This document shows positions 45,238 through 54,627 of a DNA stretch of 56,547 bases, in pieces; the first letter of the stretch is position 1, and every line of letters starts with the position of its first letter. The translations under genes and the position numbers were made by a program. Origin of the DNA: a virus (lineage: Duplodnaviria; Caudoviricetes); the IMG/VR virus record IMGVR_UViG_3300034116_000182, positions 1-56,547 of that record, one strand, 5' to 3'. Under the pieces are notes generated by a model that saw nothing but the letters and a program-made list of their open reading frames with translations, was not told the origin of the DNA and searched no databases.

Positions 45238-46101
45238 ATGTCTCTTAGTAAAGTTGGCGGGATTCTCTCTGCTGGTTTAAACGGCATTAACTACCCTGTC
45301 ACAGCGGTGGAATACCTTGTCGTGGCTGGTGGAGGTGGTGGTGGTCGAGAAACTAATACTTCTGGCGTTGGTGGTGGTGGTGGTGCTGGCGGCTTATTAA
45401 CTGCAACGGGACTTTCTGTTGCTATTGGGACTGCGTACACAATAACTATTGGCGCTGGTGGTGCAGGACTAAATACTTCAACGGGTGCTGTTGGAAATAA
45501 CGGCTCTAATTCTGTATTTAGCTCTATTACTGCAATTGGTGGTGGCGGTGGTGGCGGTACAACTTTACAAGCTGGCGCTGTTGGTGGCTCTGGCGGTGGT
45601 GGTTCTATTTCTGGTGGCGGTGGTGCGGCTGGAACGGCTGGACAAGGTAATGCAGGGGGAACGCATAACACAACATATAACTCCGCTGGTGGTGGAGGCG
45701 GTGCTGGCTCTGTTGGTGGTAATGCTGGCGCTTATGGTGGCGGTAATGGTGGAACAGGATTAGTTTCATCAATATCTGGCGCACAAATTCAATATGCTGG
45801 CGGTGGAGGCGGCGCTACTACTTTAACAAACGCATCTTTAGGTGGAGGTGGAGGCGGTGGCAACGGCTCAATTTATACATCATCATCGTTTGGTGGTGGT
45901 GGTTTGGCTAATACAGGTGGCGGTGGTGGAGGTGGTTCAAATGGCCCTGCACCGTCAGGCGCTGGCGGTTCAGGCATCGTAGTCATTCGCTACCCATCTT
46001 ACTTAGCCCCTGCCACATCAACAACAGGCAGTCCTGAAATGGTTGTATCTGGCGGTTGGCGCGTGTACACATTTGTTGCATCTGGAACAATTACATTCTG
46101 A
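45238..46101 (+). CDS. Glycine-rich adhesin-like protein 1 (one domain)
   Basis: VEYLVVAGGG...GGGGAGG...YAGGGGG...NTGGGGGG...GGSGIV.IRY. Confidence 0.8.
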   Translation: MSLSKVGGILSAGLNGINYPVTAVEYLVVAGGGGGGRETNTSGVGGGGGAGGLLTATGLSVAIGTAYTITIGAGGAGLNTSTGAVGNNGSNSVFSSITAIGGGGGGGTTLQAGAVGGSGGGGSISGGGGAAGTAGQGNAGGTHNTTYNSAGGGGGAGSVGGNAGAYGGGNGGTGLVSSISGAQIQYAGGGGGATTLTNASLGGGGGGGNGSIYTSSSFGGGGLANTGGGGGGGSNGPAPSGAGGSGIVVIRYPSYLAPATSTTGSPEMVVSGGWRVYTFVASGTITF

Positions 46102-46107
46102 GGATAT

Positions 46108-47793
46108 ATGGCACAAGGTCTTTTTACACTCAGACAAGTTAACCAAGCTATTCGTCAAGGCGCATGGTCAGCATTTAATCCACCTCAATTTGTAGAGTAC
46201 CTTTGCGTTGCTGGTGGTGGTGGTGGCGCTGGTGTCAGTACAGGTAGCGCACAAGGTGAAGGTGGAGGCGGTGCGGGTGGTTTATTAACAGGCATGGTTC
46301 CTGTTGTTGCTGGCACTTCTTATACGGTTACTGTTGGTGGCGCAGGCGCAGGGGGTGGCTCTAACGCTTCAGGTACTCAAGGTGATAATTCTGTCTTTGG
46401 CTCTATAACTACCACGGGTGGCGGTAGAGGTACTGCAAATGCCGTAGGTGGTAATGGTGGTTCTGGAGGTGGTGGTGGCAGAGGTGATGGCACTAACTTC
46501 TACGCTGGTGGTCAAGGAGTTACAGGACAAGGAAATTCAGGCGGCAGAGGATTAGCAGATGGTCAAGGCGGTGGCGGTGGCGGTGCAGGGACTGTTGGTC
46601 TTGTTGGTTCCGGTGCTGGTGCTGGAGTGCCCGCTGGTAATGGGGGAGCTGGAATAGCAAGTGCCATATCTGGAACAGTTACTACCTATGCTGGCGGTGG
46701 TGGTGGTGGATGTGCCACATCAGGTTCTGGTGCTGGTGGAGTAGGCGGTGGTGGTAATGGTGGTGTTGCATCTGCTGGTTCCGCAGGAACTGTTAACACT
46801 GGCGGTGGAGGCGGTGGCGCTGGAGGTTCAGGCTCCTTTTCTGGAGGTTCAGGCGGTTCAGGCATCGTAGTAGTCAGATACCCCGGCTCTGTGCAGTTTT
46901 ACACTGGTGGAACTGTTACTTTAAGCGGCATTAGCCCTAATGGTTATTTTGTTGTTCACACATTTACAACTACTGGGACATTGGCTCCAACTACGCCTAC
47001 AAATTTAGTCTCAACACTACCTTCTAATACAGCAGTCTTCTATACATCAGGTGTGTGGACAGCCCCTGTCGGTGCTACGCAAGTTCAATATCTTGTGGTA
47101 GCTGGTGGAGGTGGTGGAGGAATGACTAATACTGCTGGCGGTTATTCAGCCGCAGGAGGTGGTGGTGCTGGTGGATTCTTAACGGCTACTGGTCTTTCTG
47201 TCACTGCTGGAACTACATACACTGTAGTGGTTGGTGCTGGTGGTGCTGGTGCAGTAACAGAAGGCACAGGGGTTACAGGTTCAAGTTCTATTTTTAGTTC
47301 TATTACTGCTACAGGTGGCGGTGGTGGTGGTAATGCTGGCGCTACTCCTAACAATGGTTTGTCTGGTGGCTCTGGTGGCGGTGGTTCTGGTGGCGCTAGT
47401 GGAAATACTGGCGGCGCAGGCACTGGCGGTCAAGGTAATGCTGGTGGTTCAACTACTGGAAATATTTTCGGTGGTGGCGGCGGCGGCGGTGCTGGAGCCG
47501 CTGGTTCTGGTGGTGCTGGACAATACAATGGTTTCGCAGGAGGCGTTGGCTTAACATCTTCGTTGATTGGCTCATCTACTTACTATGCTGGCGGTGGTGG
47601 CGGTGGAGGTTATTACTTAAATACTGGCGGTGCTGGTGGTACTGGCGGTGGTGGTGCAGGCGCATCAAACGTCCCCGCAATTGCTGGAACTACTAATACT
47701 GGTGGTGGTGGCGGTGGTAATAACGGAACCTCAAGCGCAGTACAAGTTGGCGCAAACGGCGGCTCTGGCATTGTGATTATTAAATGGAGTTGA
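46108..47793 (+). CDS. Glycine-rich adhesin-like protein 2 (two domains)
   Basis: Two copies of the same Gly-rich domain. Confidence 0.8.
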   Translation: MAQGLFTLRQVNQAIRQGAWSAFNPPQFVEYLCVAGGGGGAGVSTGSAQGEGGGGAGGLLTGMVPVVAGTSYTVTVGGAGAGGGSNASGTQGDNSVFGSITTTGGGRGTANAVGGNGGSGGGGGRGDGTNFYAGGQGVTGQGNSGGRGLADGQGGGGGGAGTVGLVGSGAGAGVPAGNGGAGIASAISGTVTTYAGGGGGGCATSGSGAGGVGGGGNGGVASAGSAGTVNTGGGGGGAGGSGSFSGGSGGSGIVVVRYPGSVQFYTGGTVTLSGISPNGYFVVHTFTTTGTLAPTTPTNLVSTLPSNTAVFYTSGVWTAPVGATQVQYLVVAGGGGGGMTNTAGGYSAAGGGGAGGFLTATGLSVTAGTTYTVVVGAGGAGAVTEGTGVTGSSSIFSSITATGGGGGGNAGATPNNGLSGGSGGGGSGGASGNTGGAGTGGQGNAGGSTTGNIFGGGGGGGAGAAGSGGAGQYNGFAGGVGLTSSLIGSSTYYAGGGGGGGYYLNTGGAGGTGGGGAGASNVPAIAGTTNTGGGGGGNNGTSSAVQVGANGGSGIVIIKWS

Positions 47794-47794
47794 A

Positions 47795-48658
47795 ATGAGT
47801 CAAACTTTATTAGGTGGATTCATTTCCGCAACCTTTAACCCACTGTCTGGTGCGCCTACGACTGTTGAATATCTAGTGGTTGCTGGTGGGGGTGGCGGCG
47901 GTGGTTACTTTGGTGCTATTGGCGGTGGCGGTGGCGGTGCTGGTGGTCTTTTAACTGCGGCGGGGTTTACTGTTGCGACTGGTTCTGCTTTAACCATTAC
48001 TGTGGGTGCTGGCGGTGCGGGTGCGGCTAGTAACTCTGGTGACTTAGGAACTGTGGGATCAAATTCTGTTTTTAGTTCTATTACTGCAACAGGTGGAGGT
48101 GCTACTGGTGCGTATAACGCAGCACAGTCTCAGAACGGGGGTTCCGGCTCGGGATCAACTTACGCTTCTGGTGGGGGAACAGGAGTAGCAGGACAAGGAT
48201 TTGCTGGTGGTACTTCTTCAAACTCATACTCCGGAGGCGGCGGTGGCGGTGCTGGATCAGTCGGACTTGTAGGAACTCAAGCAGTTAAAGCCGGAGATGG
48301 CGGTACGGGGCTATGCTCTACCATAACTGGCTCAAGAGTCTTCTATGCTGGTGGTGGTGGAGGTGGAACAGATTCTTATGTAGCTGGACTTGGCGGTGGC
48401 GGTGGTGGTGGGAACGGTGCGTATGCAGGGACGATGCCGTCTGGTAGAACCACGGCACAAGCAAACACAGGTGGCGGTGGCGGCGGCGGCTTTACAACAT
48501 CGGTAGTCACTCAAGGCAACGGAGCCTCTGGAATCGTCATCATTCGTTACCCTGCATCACAATTGCCTCCTACTTCTACAACAGGAAGCCCTCAGATAAA
48601 CTACGCTGATGGGTATCAGATTTACACTTGGACATCTTCTGGCACTATTACTTTTTAA
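47795..48658 (+). CDS. Glycine-rich adhesin-like protein 3 (one domain)
   Basis: Paralogue of 45238-46101, same length (287 aa). Confidence 0.8.
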   Translation: MSQTLLGGFISATFNPLSGAPTTVEYLVVAGGGGGGGYFGAIGGGGGGAGGLLTAAGFTVATGSALTITVGAGGAGAASNSGDLGTVGSNSVFSSITATGGGATGAYNAAQSQNGGSGSGSTYASGGGTGVAGQGFAGGTSSNSYSGGGGGGAGSVGLVGTQAVKAGDGGTGLCSTITGSRVFYAGGGGGGTDSYVAGLGGGGGGGNGAYAGTMPSGRTTAQANTGGGGGGGFTTSVVTQGNGASGIVIIRYPASQLPPTSTTGSPQINYADGYQIYTWTSSGTITF

Positions 48659-48667
48659 GGAGCAAAC

Positions 48668-49021
48668 ATGAGCCATTTCGCAAAAGTAGAGAACGGTGTA
48701 GTGACGCAAGTCATCGTCATCGAGCAGGACGTTTTAAACCTTGGTCACTGGGGCGACCCAGCACTTTGGGTGCAAACAAGTTACAACACTTCCGGTGGAG
48801 TTCACTCGCAAGGTGGTACGCCATTGCGTAAGAACTACGCTGGTATTGGTTACACATACGACTTAGGCCGTGATGCATTTATTCCCCCCAAGCCATTTGC
48901 GTCTTGGTTGTTGGATGAAGCCACTTGCCATTGGAATGCGCCTACACCCATGCCTGTAGAAGAAGGCAAGCGTTTCACATGGGACGAACCCACAACATCT
49001 TGGGTTGAAGTAACCGCCTAA
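48668..49021 (+). CDS. Tail-fibre-associated protein, 117 aa
   Basis: MSHFAK...WVQTSYN...RKNYAGIGYTYD...DAFIPPKPF.SW.LDE..C.W.AP family that accompanies Gly-rich fibres. Confidence 0.75.
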   Translation: MSHFAKVENGVVTQVIVIEQDVLNLGHWGDPALWVQTSYNTSGGVHSQGGTPLRKNYAGIGYTYDLGRDAFIPPKPFASWLLDEATCHWNAPTPMPVEEGKRFTWDEPTTSWVEVTA

Positions 49022-49032
49022 TAGGAATAATC

Positions 49033-50739
49033 ATGGCTCAATACAGTGGAATGTGGACGTTAAGTCAAGTCAGTCAGGCCGTAAAAGACTTGAATTGGAC
49101 GGGCATTCCTCCGTCTGTTGTTGAGTATTTGATTGTTGCTGGTGGAGGCGCAGGCGGTAGTTCTCCTGCTCAAGAAGTTGCTGGAGGAGGTGGCGGCGGC
49201 GGGGGCCTACTTGCGGGGTATGCAGGTATTACATCTGGAACTTCATACACAGTAACTGTTGGTGCTGGTGGTACGCCAATTACTGAAACTTGGGGTGGTC
49301 TAGGTGGCGACTCTGTATTTAATTCTATTACTGCCACAGGTGGTGGTGGTGGCGGCGGTGGAAGCACTGCTCCCGGAACAAAAACCATAGGTCGAAGTGG
49401 CGGTTCAGGTGGTGGAGCCGCTGGTTGGAGTTCAGGAAGTTACCTTGGTGGTAATGGAATTTCTGGTCAAGGTAATAGCGGTGGCTCTGGAGGTATTGCT
49501 TACAACAATGGCGCTGGTGGAGGTGGCGCTGGAACTGTGGGAGCAGACTTTGGCCCTGTTGCGGGGAATACAGTAAATGGTGCAGTTGGTGGTTCTGGGG
49601 TTGCAAGCGCAATTAGTGGCACAGTAATAACTTATGCGGGTGGCGGTGGCGGTGGCGGTGGATACATTGCTACATTTTCTGGCGGTTCAGGCGGCGTAGG
49701 AGGCGGCGGTGCAGGGGGTAGTTCAAGTGCCACTACTGGAATCTCTGGAACCGCCAACACAGGCGGCGGAGGAGGAGGTTGCGCTGGTTTAAATACGGCT
49801 GGTGCTAAAACTGGTGGATCAGGCGGTTCAGGCGTTGTCATTCTTCGCTACCCCGGCTCAATTCAATATTTTACTGGCGGCACAGTCAGTATGGCTGACA
49901 ACTATGTTATTCACAGATTTACATCTTCAGGTACATTGGCTCCTAGTACACCTTCTGTAATCGCTTATTCTGCGTCTTACTTGGTTATCGGTGGCGGCGC
50001 TGGTGCAGGCTCACAAGCTGGTGGCGGAGGTGGCGGTGCTGGTGGATTACTGACAGGATCATCTGCACTTGTGTCTGGTGTTGTTTACCCAATCACGGTA
50101 GGTGGCGCTGGTGTTGGTGGTGCGGCGGGTGGAAATGCTGGACTTCAAGGAGGCATTTCTTCTTTTAACGGCATATTGGCATACGGTGGCGGTCGAGGTT
50201 CTACAGACAATACGCTTTCACAAGCAGGCGCTACGCAAGGCGGCTCTGGTGGCGGTGGTAACTACAACTACACAACTGGCGGATTAGGCATAACTGGTCA
50301 AGGAAATGCTGGTGGAACTGGTTTTTCAAACTATGCTGGCGGTGGTGGCGGCGGAGCAGGAGCCGTAGGTAGTAATGCAACATCAGGAACTGTTGCTGGA
50401 AACGGTGGTAATGGTTTAGCTAGTTCAATTACTGGATCATCGGTCACTTACGCTGGCGGTGGCGGTGGCGGTACAAACGGCACGACCGCAGGTACTGGGG
50501 GTACTGGAGGCGGTGGAAACGGCACATTAACTTCTACAGGCGGTAATGCAACATTCTATGGTGGTGGAGGCGGTGGTGGAGGCGGTTCCGCAACTGGAGG
50601 TAACGGCTATGCGGGTGTAGTAATCCTATCCATGCCAACTGCAAGTTATACAGGTACAACTACGGGTTCACCTGCGGTAACAACATCCGGGTCAAATACT
50701 ATTTTGACATTTACGGCAAGCGGTAGTTACACCGCCTGA
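49033..50739 (+). CDS. Glycine-rich adhesin-like protein 4 (two domains)
   Basis: SGMWTL N-terminus plus two Gly-rich domains. Confidence 0.8.
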   Translation: MAQYSGMWTLSQVSQAVKDLNWTGIPPSVVEYLIVAGGGAGGSSPAQEVAGGGGGGGGLLAGYAGITSGTSYTVTVGAGGTPITETWGGLGGDSVFNSITATGGGGGGGGSTAPGTKTIGRSGGSGGGAAGWSSGSYLGGNGISGQGNSGGSGGIAYNNGAGGGGAGTVGADFGPVAGNTVNGAVGGSGVASAISGTVITYAGGGGGGGGYIATFSGGSGGVGGGGAGGSSSATTGISGTANTGGGGGGCAGLNTAGAKTGGSGGSGVVILRYPGSIQYFTGGTVSMADNYVIHRFTSSGTLAPSTPSVIAYSASYLVIGGGAGAGSQAGGGGGGAGGLLTGSSALVSGVVYPITVGGAGVGGAAGGNAGLQGGISSFNGILAYGGGRGSTDNTLSQAGATQGGSGGGGNYNYTTGGLGITGQGNAGGTGFSNYAGGGGGGAGAVGSNATSGTVAGNGGNGLASSITGSSVTYAGGGGGGTNGTTAGTGGTGGGGNGTLTSTGGNATFYGGGGGGGGGSATGGNGYAGVVILSMPTASYTGTTTGSPAVTTSGSNTILTFTASGSYTA

Positions 50740-50771
50740 TGTTGTATGGTAATCATCAAGTGGAGTTAAAA

Positions 50772-50918
50772 ATGGACATTAAGTTATCAGTCAACACAAT
50801 CAATCAGATTCTTGGTTACTTGGGTTCACGCCCATACCAAGAAGTCTTTCAACTTATTGAAGCCATCCAAAAAGAGGCTGAAGCAAAGAAAGCCGAAGAT
50901 GGAAACGGTGGAGACTAA
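50772..50918 (+). CDS. Small protein, 48 aa
   Basis: Read by hand; GGAG RBS; N.ILGYLG.RPYQEV..LI..I motif. Confidence 0.7.
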   Translation: MDIKLSVNTINQILGYLGSRPYQEVFQLIEAIQKEAEAKKAEDGNGGD

Positions 50919-51093
50919 ACTTGCTGTGCATGAAGCCATCTGTACCGAGCGCTACAACAGCATAGATCGATCCCTGCGCGATGGGGATAAGCGCATGACA
51001 AAGATTGAATACCTCTTGTATGGGGTAATCATTTGCGTTCTGTTTGGCCCCGGCGTCGCTGGCGAGTTAGTCAAAAAGATTTTGGGTTTGTAA
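50899..51093 (+). CDS. Coiled-coil plus C-terminal TM protein (holin/XhlA-like), 64 aa
   Basis: HEAIC.ERY..I...L......RM.KIE followed by a TM helix; starts the lysis cassette. Confidence 0.6.
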   Translation: METVETKLAVHEAICTERYNSIDRSLRDGDKRMTKIEYLLYGVIICVLFGPGVAGELVKKILGL

Positions 51094-51711
51094 ATGCCAG
51101 AAGAAAGGCTCAACCCCAACTCTGTTTTGGACAGGGTGCTTGGATATGTAGACAGCCCGTTTAAGTTGTTTGCAATCCTTGTCATGGGGGTTGTGGCGTT
51201 TGTTGGGTATATGTTTTGGCAGAACCAATCATTCTTGATCTCTGCGTACCAAGAACAAAAAAGAATGCCGACCATTCACGAAGAACGTGTCGATGATGCG
51301 GCTTCTGTATTGTTTAAACAAACAGATGCTAAGTTTGTGGCTATCTTCAAGGTCAATCCAATATTGGGGACGCGAGTGCTGTATCGCTTGTACACCAAGG
51401 ATGGTCGCAGTAAAGATATGGAAGGATTGGATGTTGGTTTGTTTACGTCTAACCATGCAAACAACAATGATGTCGTGAAGCTAATGGCTGGGGATGTACC
51501 TTGCAGTCAATACCTTCGACCACAGAGCGAATTAGGTATTTGGTACATAGCGCAAGGTGCTGGTTATACCTGCCGTATATCTGTTCCGCCTGATCGCAGT
51601 CGATTTATTGGGCAGATCACAGCAGGGTGGGAAAAACAACCTGACAACTTAGAACACATTATTTCAATGATGGAAATTGCGGCAACCATGTTAACTAAAC
51701 GAGGCAACTAA
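51094..51711 (+). CDS. Single-TM protein with GAF-like periplasmic domain (possible T4 T-type holin)
   Basis: One N-terminal TM; C-terminal CRISVP....FIGQITAGW GAF-like strands; next to the endolysin. Confidence 0.5.
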   Translation: MPEERLNPNSVLDRVLGYVDSPFKLFAILVMGVVAFVGYMFWQNQSFLISAYQEQKRMPTIHEERVDDAASVLFKQTDAKFVAIFKVNPILGTRVLYRLYTKDGRSKDMEGLDVGLFTSNHANNNDVVKLMAGDVPCSQYLRPQSELGIWYIAQGAGYTCRISVPPDRSRFIGQITAGWEKQPDNLEHIISMMEIAATMLTKRGN

Positions 51712-52226
51712 TGGCTCAGTTTGAACCAGCTTTTGAGCAGATGATTAGGGACGAGGGTGGTTACGTCCTCCATGAAGTCGCTGGCGACACAGGCGGGATG
51801 ACTTACGCTGGTATTGCCCGTAACAAAAACCCCCAGTGGAATGGCTGGGCGCTGGTAGACAAAAAAGAATTTGGTGGCTCTTTAACACCTATGGTGCGTG
51901 AGTTTTACCGTGTTGAGTTCTGGGACAAGATGCGCGGTAACGAGATTTCAAACCAAGAGGTGGCTAACTCCATCTTTAATTTTGGGGTAAATGCTGGAAT
52001 GGGAATGGCTGTAAAGCTGGCTCAGTTAGTTGTTGGAGCCACTCCTGATGGCGGTATTGGTGCTAAAACCATAGAGAAACTCAACCAGATTACTGACGGA
52101 CAGCGGTTTAAGGAGTCTTATGCCTTGGCTAAGATTGCCCGTTATGTTGAGATATGCAACAAAAATCCTGTGCAAGTTAAGTTTCTCAAGGGTTGGATCA
52201 ACCGCACATTGAAAGGTCTAGCATGA
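51711..52226 (+). CDS. Endolysin, glycoside hydrolase family 108 with peptidoglycan-binding C-terminus
   Basis: EGGY...D.GG.TYAGI, FGVNAG, DG.IG.KT, FLKGWINR. Confidence 0.9.
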   Translation: MAQFEPAFEQMIRDEGGYVLHEVAGDTGGMTYAGIARNKNPQWNGWALVDKKEFGGSLTPMVREFYRVEFWDKMRGNEISNQEVANSIFNFGVNAGMGMAVKLAQLVVGATPDGGIGAKTIEKLNQITDGQRFKESYALAKIARYVEICNKNPVQVKFLKGWINRTLKGLA

Positions 52227-52660
52227 GTTTGCTTGCAGTTGGATCAATTATTGAAGCCGTTGGTAAGGTTGCAGGTGACTTAATTACCACCGACAAAGAA
52301 AAGATGGAGATGGAGATCGAGCAACGTAAACTTGATCTTGAAGAAAAGAAAATAGATCAAGCCACAGACTTAGCCCAAATTGATGTTAACAAGATTGAAG
52401 CGGCGTCTAGTAGCGTGTTTGTAAGCGGCTGGCGCCCTGCCATCGGTTGGATCGGTGTAGCGGCTATGGGCTACCAATTCTTGCTTTATCCGCTGTTTCA
52501 GTGGGCTTGGAAGTACTTACAGGCTATGGGTTGGGTGCCTGTGGGCATGGATCCACCTCCAGTGCTTGAAGCTGACCAACTGTGGGTTATCCTGTCAGGA
52601 ATTTTAGGTATTGCTGGTATGCGCTCTTTTGAGAAAACCAAAGGTGTGGCAAGCAAGTAG
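52223..52660 (+). CDS. Holin, GTA 3TM family
   Basis: Q..VNK.EA.S.S.FVSGWRPAIGW...LGI.G.RSFEK.KG. Confidence 0.85.
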   Translation: MSLLAVGSIIEAVGKVAGDLITTDKEKMEMEIEQRKLDLEEKKIDQATDLAQIDVNKIEAASSSVFVSGWRPAIGWIGVAAMGYQFLLYPLFQWAWKYLQAMGWVPVGMDPPPVLEADQLWVILSGILGIAGMRSFEKTKGVASK

Positions 52661-52662
52661 CC

Positions 52663-52691
52663 TTGTCACAAGCTAAAAGGCAGACTAAAAT
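52663..52691 (+). promoter_or_regulatory. Sigma70-type promoter of the tail/ejection operon
   Basis: TTGTCA-N17-TAAAAT. Confidence 0.7.
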
Positions 52692-52717
52692 GAATAAACG
52701 AACTCAGAGAAGATAAA

Positions 52718-53359
52718 ATGGCAACAACTCCATCTTGGGTAATGACATACGACTCGCTGACGAGTACGGTGCTTCAGTATCTGGAGCGTAGAGACGCCGC
52801 CGTCGTTGAAGCTATCCCAACATTTATCACGCTGTGCGAGTTTGAAATTGCCCAGTACATCAAGACTTTGGGTCAAATGGAAGTGGTGGACGCCAATATG
52901 AACATTGGCAACCCAGTCATTGCCAAGCCTGCTCGTTGGCGCAAAACAGTGTCAATGACTCTGTCTAATGGTGGCTTAAAGCAACCCATATTGCTACGCA
53001 AGTTGGAGTATCTAAACGCATATGCTCAGGACGTCACAGCTACAGGCATACCCTTGTACTACGCTGACTACGATTTTGAGCATTGGATTGTGGCTCCTAC
53101 GCCTAATCAAGCATATGCTTTTGAAGCACTTTGCTACACACGGTTACAGCCATTGTCTTCTTCGGCTCAAACAAATTGGTTGACTCAGAACGCACCCAAT
53201 GCCATGCTGTTTGGCACATTAAAACAGACTGCGCCGTTCCTCAAGAATGATGCGCGTTTGGCGCTTTGGAAACAAATGTTTGACGAAGCTTTAGCCGCCC
53301 TTAAAACTGAAGATACCCTGCGTGTCGCAGATCGTTCAGCAATTGCCGTGGATAATTGA
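52718..53359 (+). CDS. Tail tubular protein A/adaptor
   Basis: MTY.SL...V..YLER.D......IPTFI.L.E; P.YYA....APTP; TNWL...AP...L.G.L. Confidence 0.8.
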   Translation: MATTPSWVMTYDSLTSTVLQYLERRDAAVVEAIPTFITLCEFEIAQYIKTLGQMEVVDANMNIGNPVIAKPARWRKTVSMTLSNGGLKQPILLRKLEYLNAYAQDVTATGIPLYYADYDFEHWIVAPTPNQAYAFEALCYTRLQPLSSSAQTNWLTQNAPNAMLFGTLKQTAPFLKNDARLALWKQMFDEALAALKTEDTLRVADRSAIAVDN

Positions 53360-53361
53360 TC

Positions 53362-54627
53362 ATGCCATCATATGTAAACCCCTTTTCAGGTCAGACGATT
53401 TCACCGTCTCAGGTCAGTTACGAGTCTATATCTCTAACGGCTAACCTTGAACTTCAATGGCCTATCAACGGTAACGATGCAACACCTGCAAGTTCTATCA
53501 TTGACGTTTCTGCTACGTCTTCAGGGACTGGCACAGGATGGTTGCTTGAGCTACCCCCAGCTACACAGGTATCGACTGGTCAATCACTGATTGTTCGCAA
53601 CACTGGAGCAAATCTTTTTACTGTAACTGACTACAGTGGAAACACCATTGTTTCGGTTGCTTCTGGAATTTCTCAATTTATCTTTTTGAGCAATAACAGC
53701 ACAGTAAATGGTGTGTGGCAATCAGTTGTTTTTGGTGCAGGTACTTCTTCTGCAAACGCTAGTGCCTTAGCAGGTTATGGCTTGTTGGCTAGTGGATTGA
53801 CGCTGAATCAAGCACACAACGTCGTAACCTATTTTAGTAGTGCGGTTCTTGATGCAACAGACCGTGCTCAATTCAACGTGTGGACTAGTGGAGTTGGATC
53901 GTTTACGCTCCCTTCTGCCGCCACTGTTGGAAACAATTGGTTCACAATCATTCGTAACAGTGGAAGTGGTATTCTGACCCTTACACCTGTAGGTACAGAC
54001 ACAATTGATGGAAACGCAAACCAACAGTTACAGCTAACTGAGTCTTTGGTAATTGTTTCTAACGGAGTTACAGGTTTCAACACCTATGCATATGGTCGAT
54101 CAAACACCTTTGCGTTTACTCAGTTAGCCCAAGTGGTAACTGGTGGCACTTTGACGTTGTCATCGGCGCAAGGTGCAAACATTATTCAAGAGTATTCAGG
54201 TGTTTTAACATCTAATCAGATTGTCGTTTTGCCTTCTACAGTCCAACTGTATTCATTGCAAAATGATACATCTGGCGCTTTCACATTGACGTTTAAAACG
54301 GCTGTTGTGGGTGGAGCAACTCTTGTTGTGAACCAAGGTCAAGCGGCCTTTGTGGTTTGCGACGGTACAAACGTTTTCAGTGCTACATCCAACTCATCAA
54401 GTACGTTTTCATCTGCAACATTGGCGGCAGGATCAGTTCTGGCTCCTTCTTTGAACTTTACGGGCAGTACGACCACGGGTCTATATTTGCCAGCATCTAA
54501 TCAAATTGGCTTTGCAGTTAACGCAACCAATGGTATGACCTTGAGTTCTACGGGTTTGGCTGTGACAAATGCGGTATCTTGTACAACGTTAACGGCTACA
54601 ACTGGCGTTTTTGGCGGTACTTTCTAA
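53362..54627 (+). CDS. Tail structural/fibre protein, about 421 aa
   Basis: Beta-rich; LP.A..V..G motifs; GS..APSL.F....TGLY; ends GGTF. Confidence 0.7.
   Translation: MPSYVNPFSGQTISPSQVSYESISLTANLELQWPINGNDATPASSIIDVSATSSGTGTGWLLELPPATQVSTGQSLIVRNTGANLFTVTDYSGNTIVSVASGISQFIFLSNNSTVNGVWQSVVFGAGTSSANASALAGYGLLASGLTLNQAHNVVTYFSSAVLDATDRAQFNVWTSGVGSFTLPSAATVGNNWFTIIRNSGSGILTLTPVGTDTIDGNANQQLQLTESLVIVSNGVTGFNTYAYGRSNTFAFTQLAQVVTGGTLTLSSAQGANIIQEYSGVLTSNQIVVLPSTVQLYSLQNDTSGAFTLTFKTAVVGGATLVVNQGQAAFVVCDGTNVFSATSNSSSTFSSATLAAGSVLAPSLNFTGSTTTGLYLPASNQIGFAVNATNGMTLSSTGLAVTNAVSCTTLTATTGVFGGTF

Noticed and set aside
45291-49841. Poly-proline minus-strand ORFs
   Set aside because: Antisense shadows of GGT/GGC glycine codon runs.
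45238-50739. Diversity-generating retroelement acting on the adhesins
   Set aside because: No reverse transcriptase and no template/variable repeat pair with adenine-specific differences seen.
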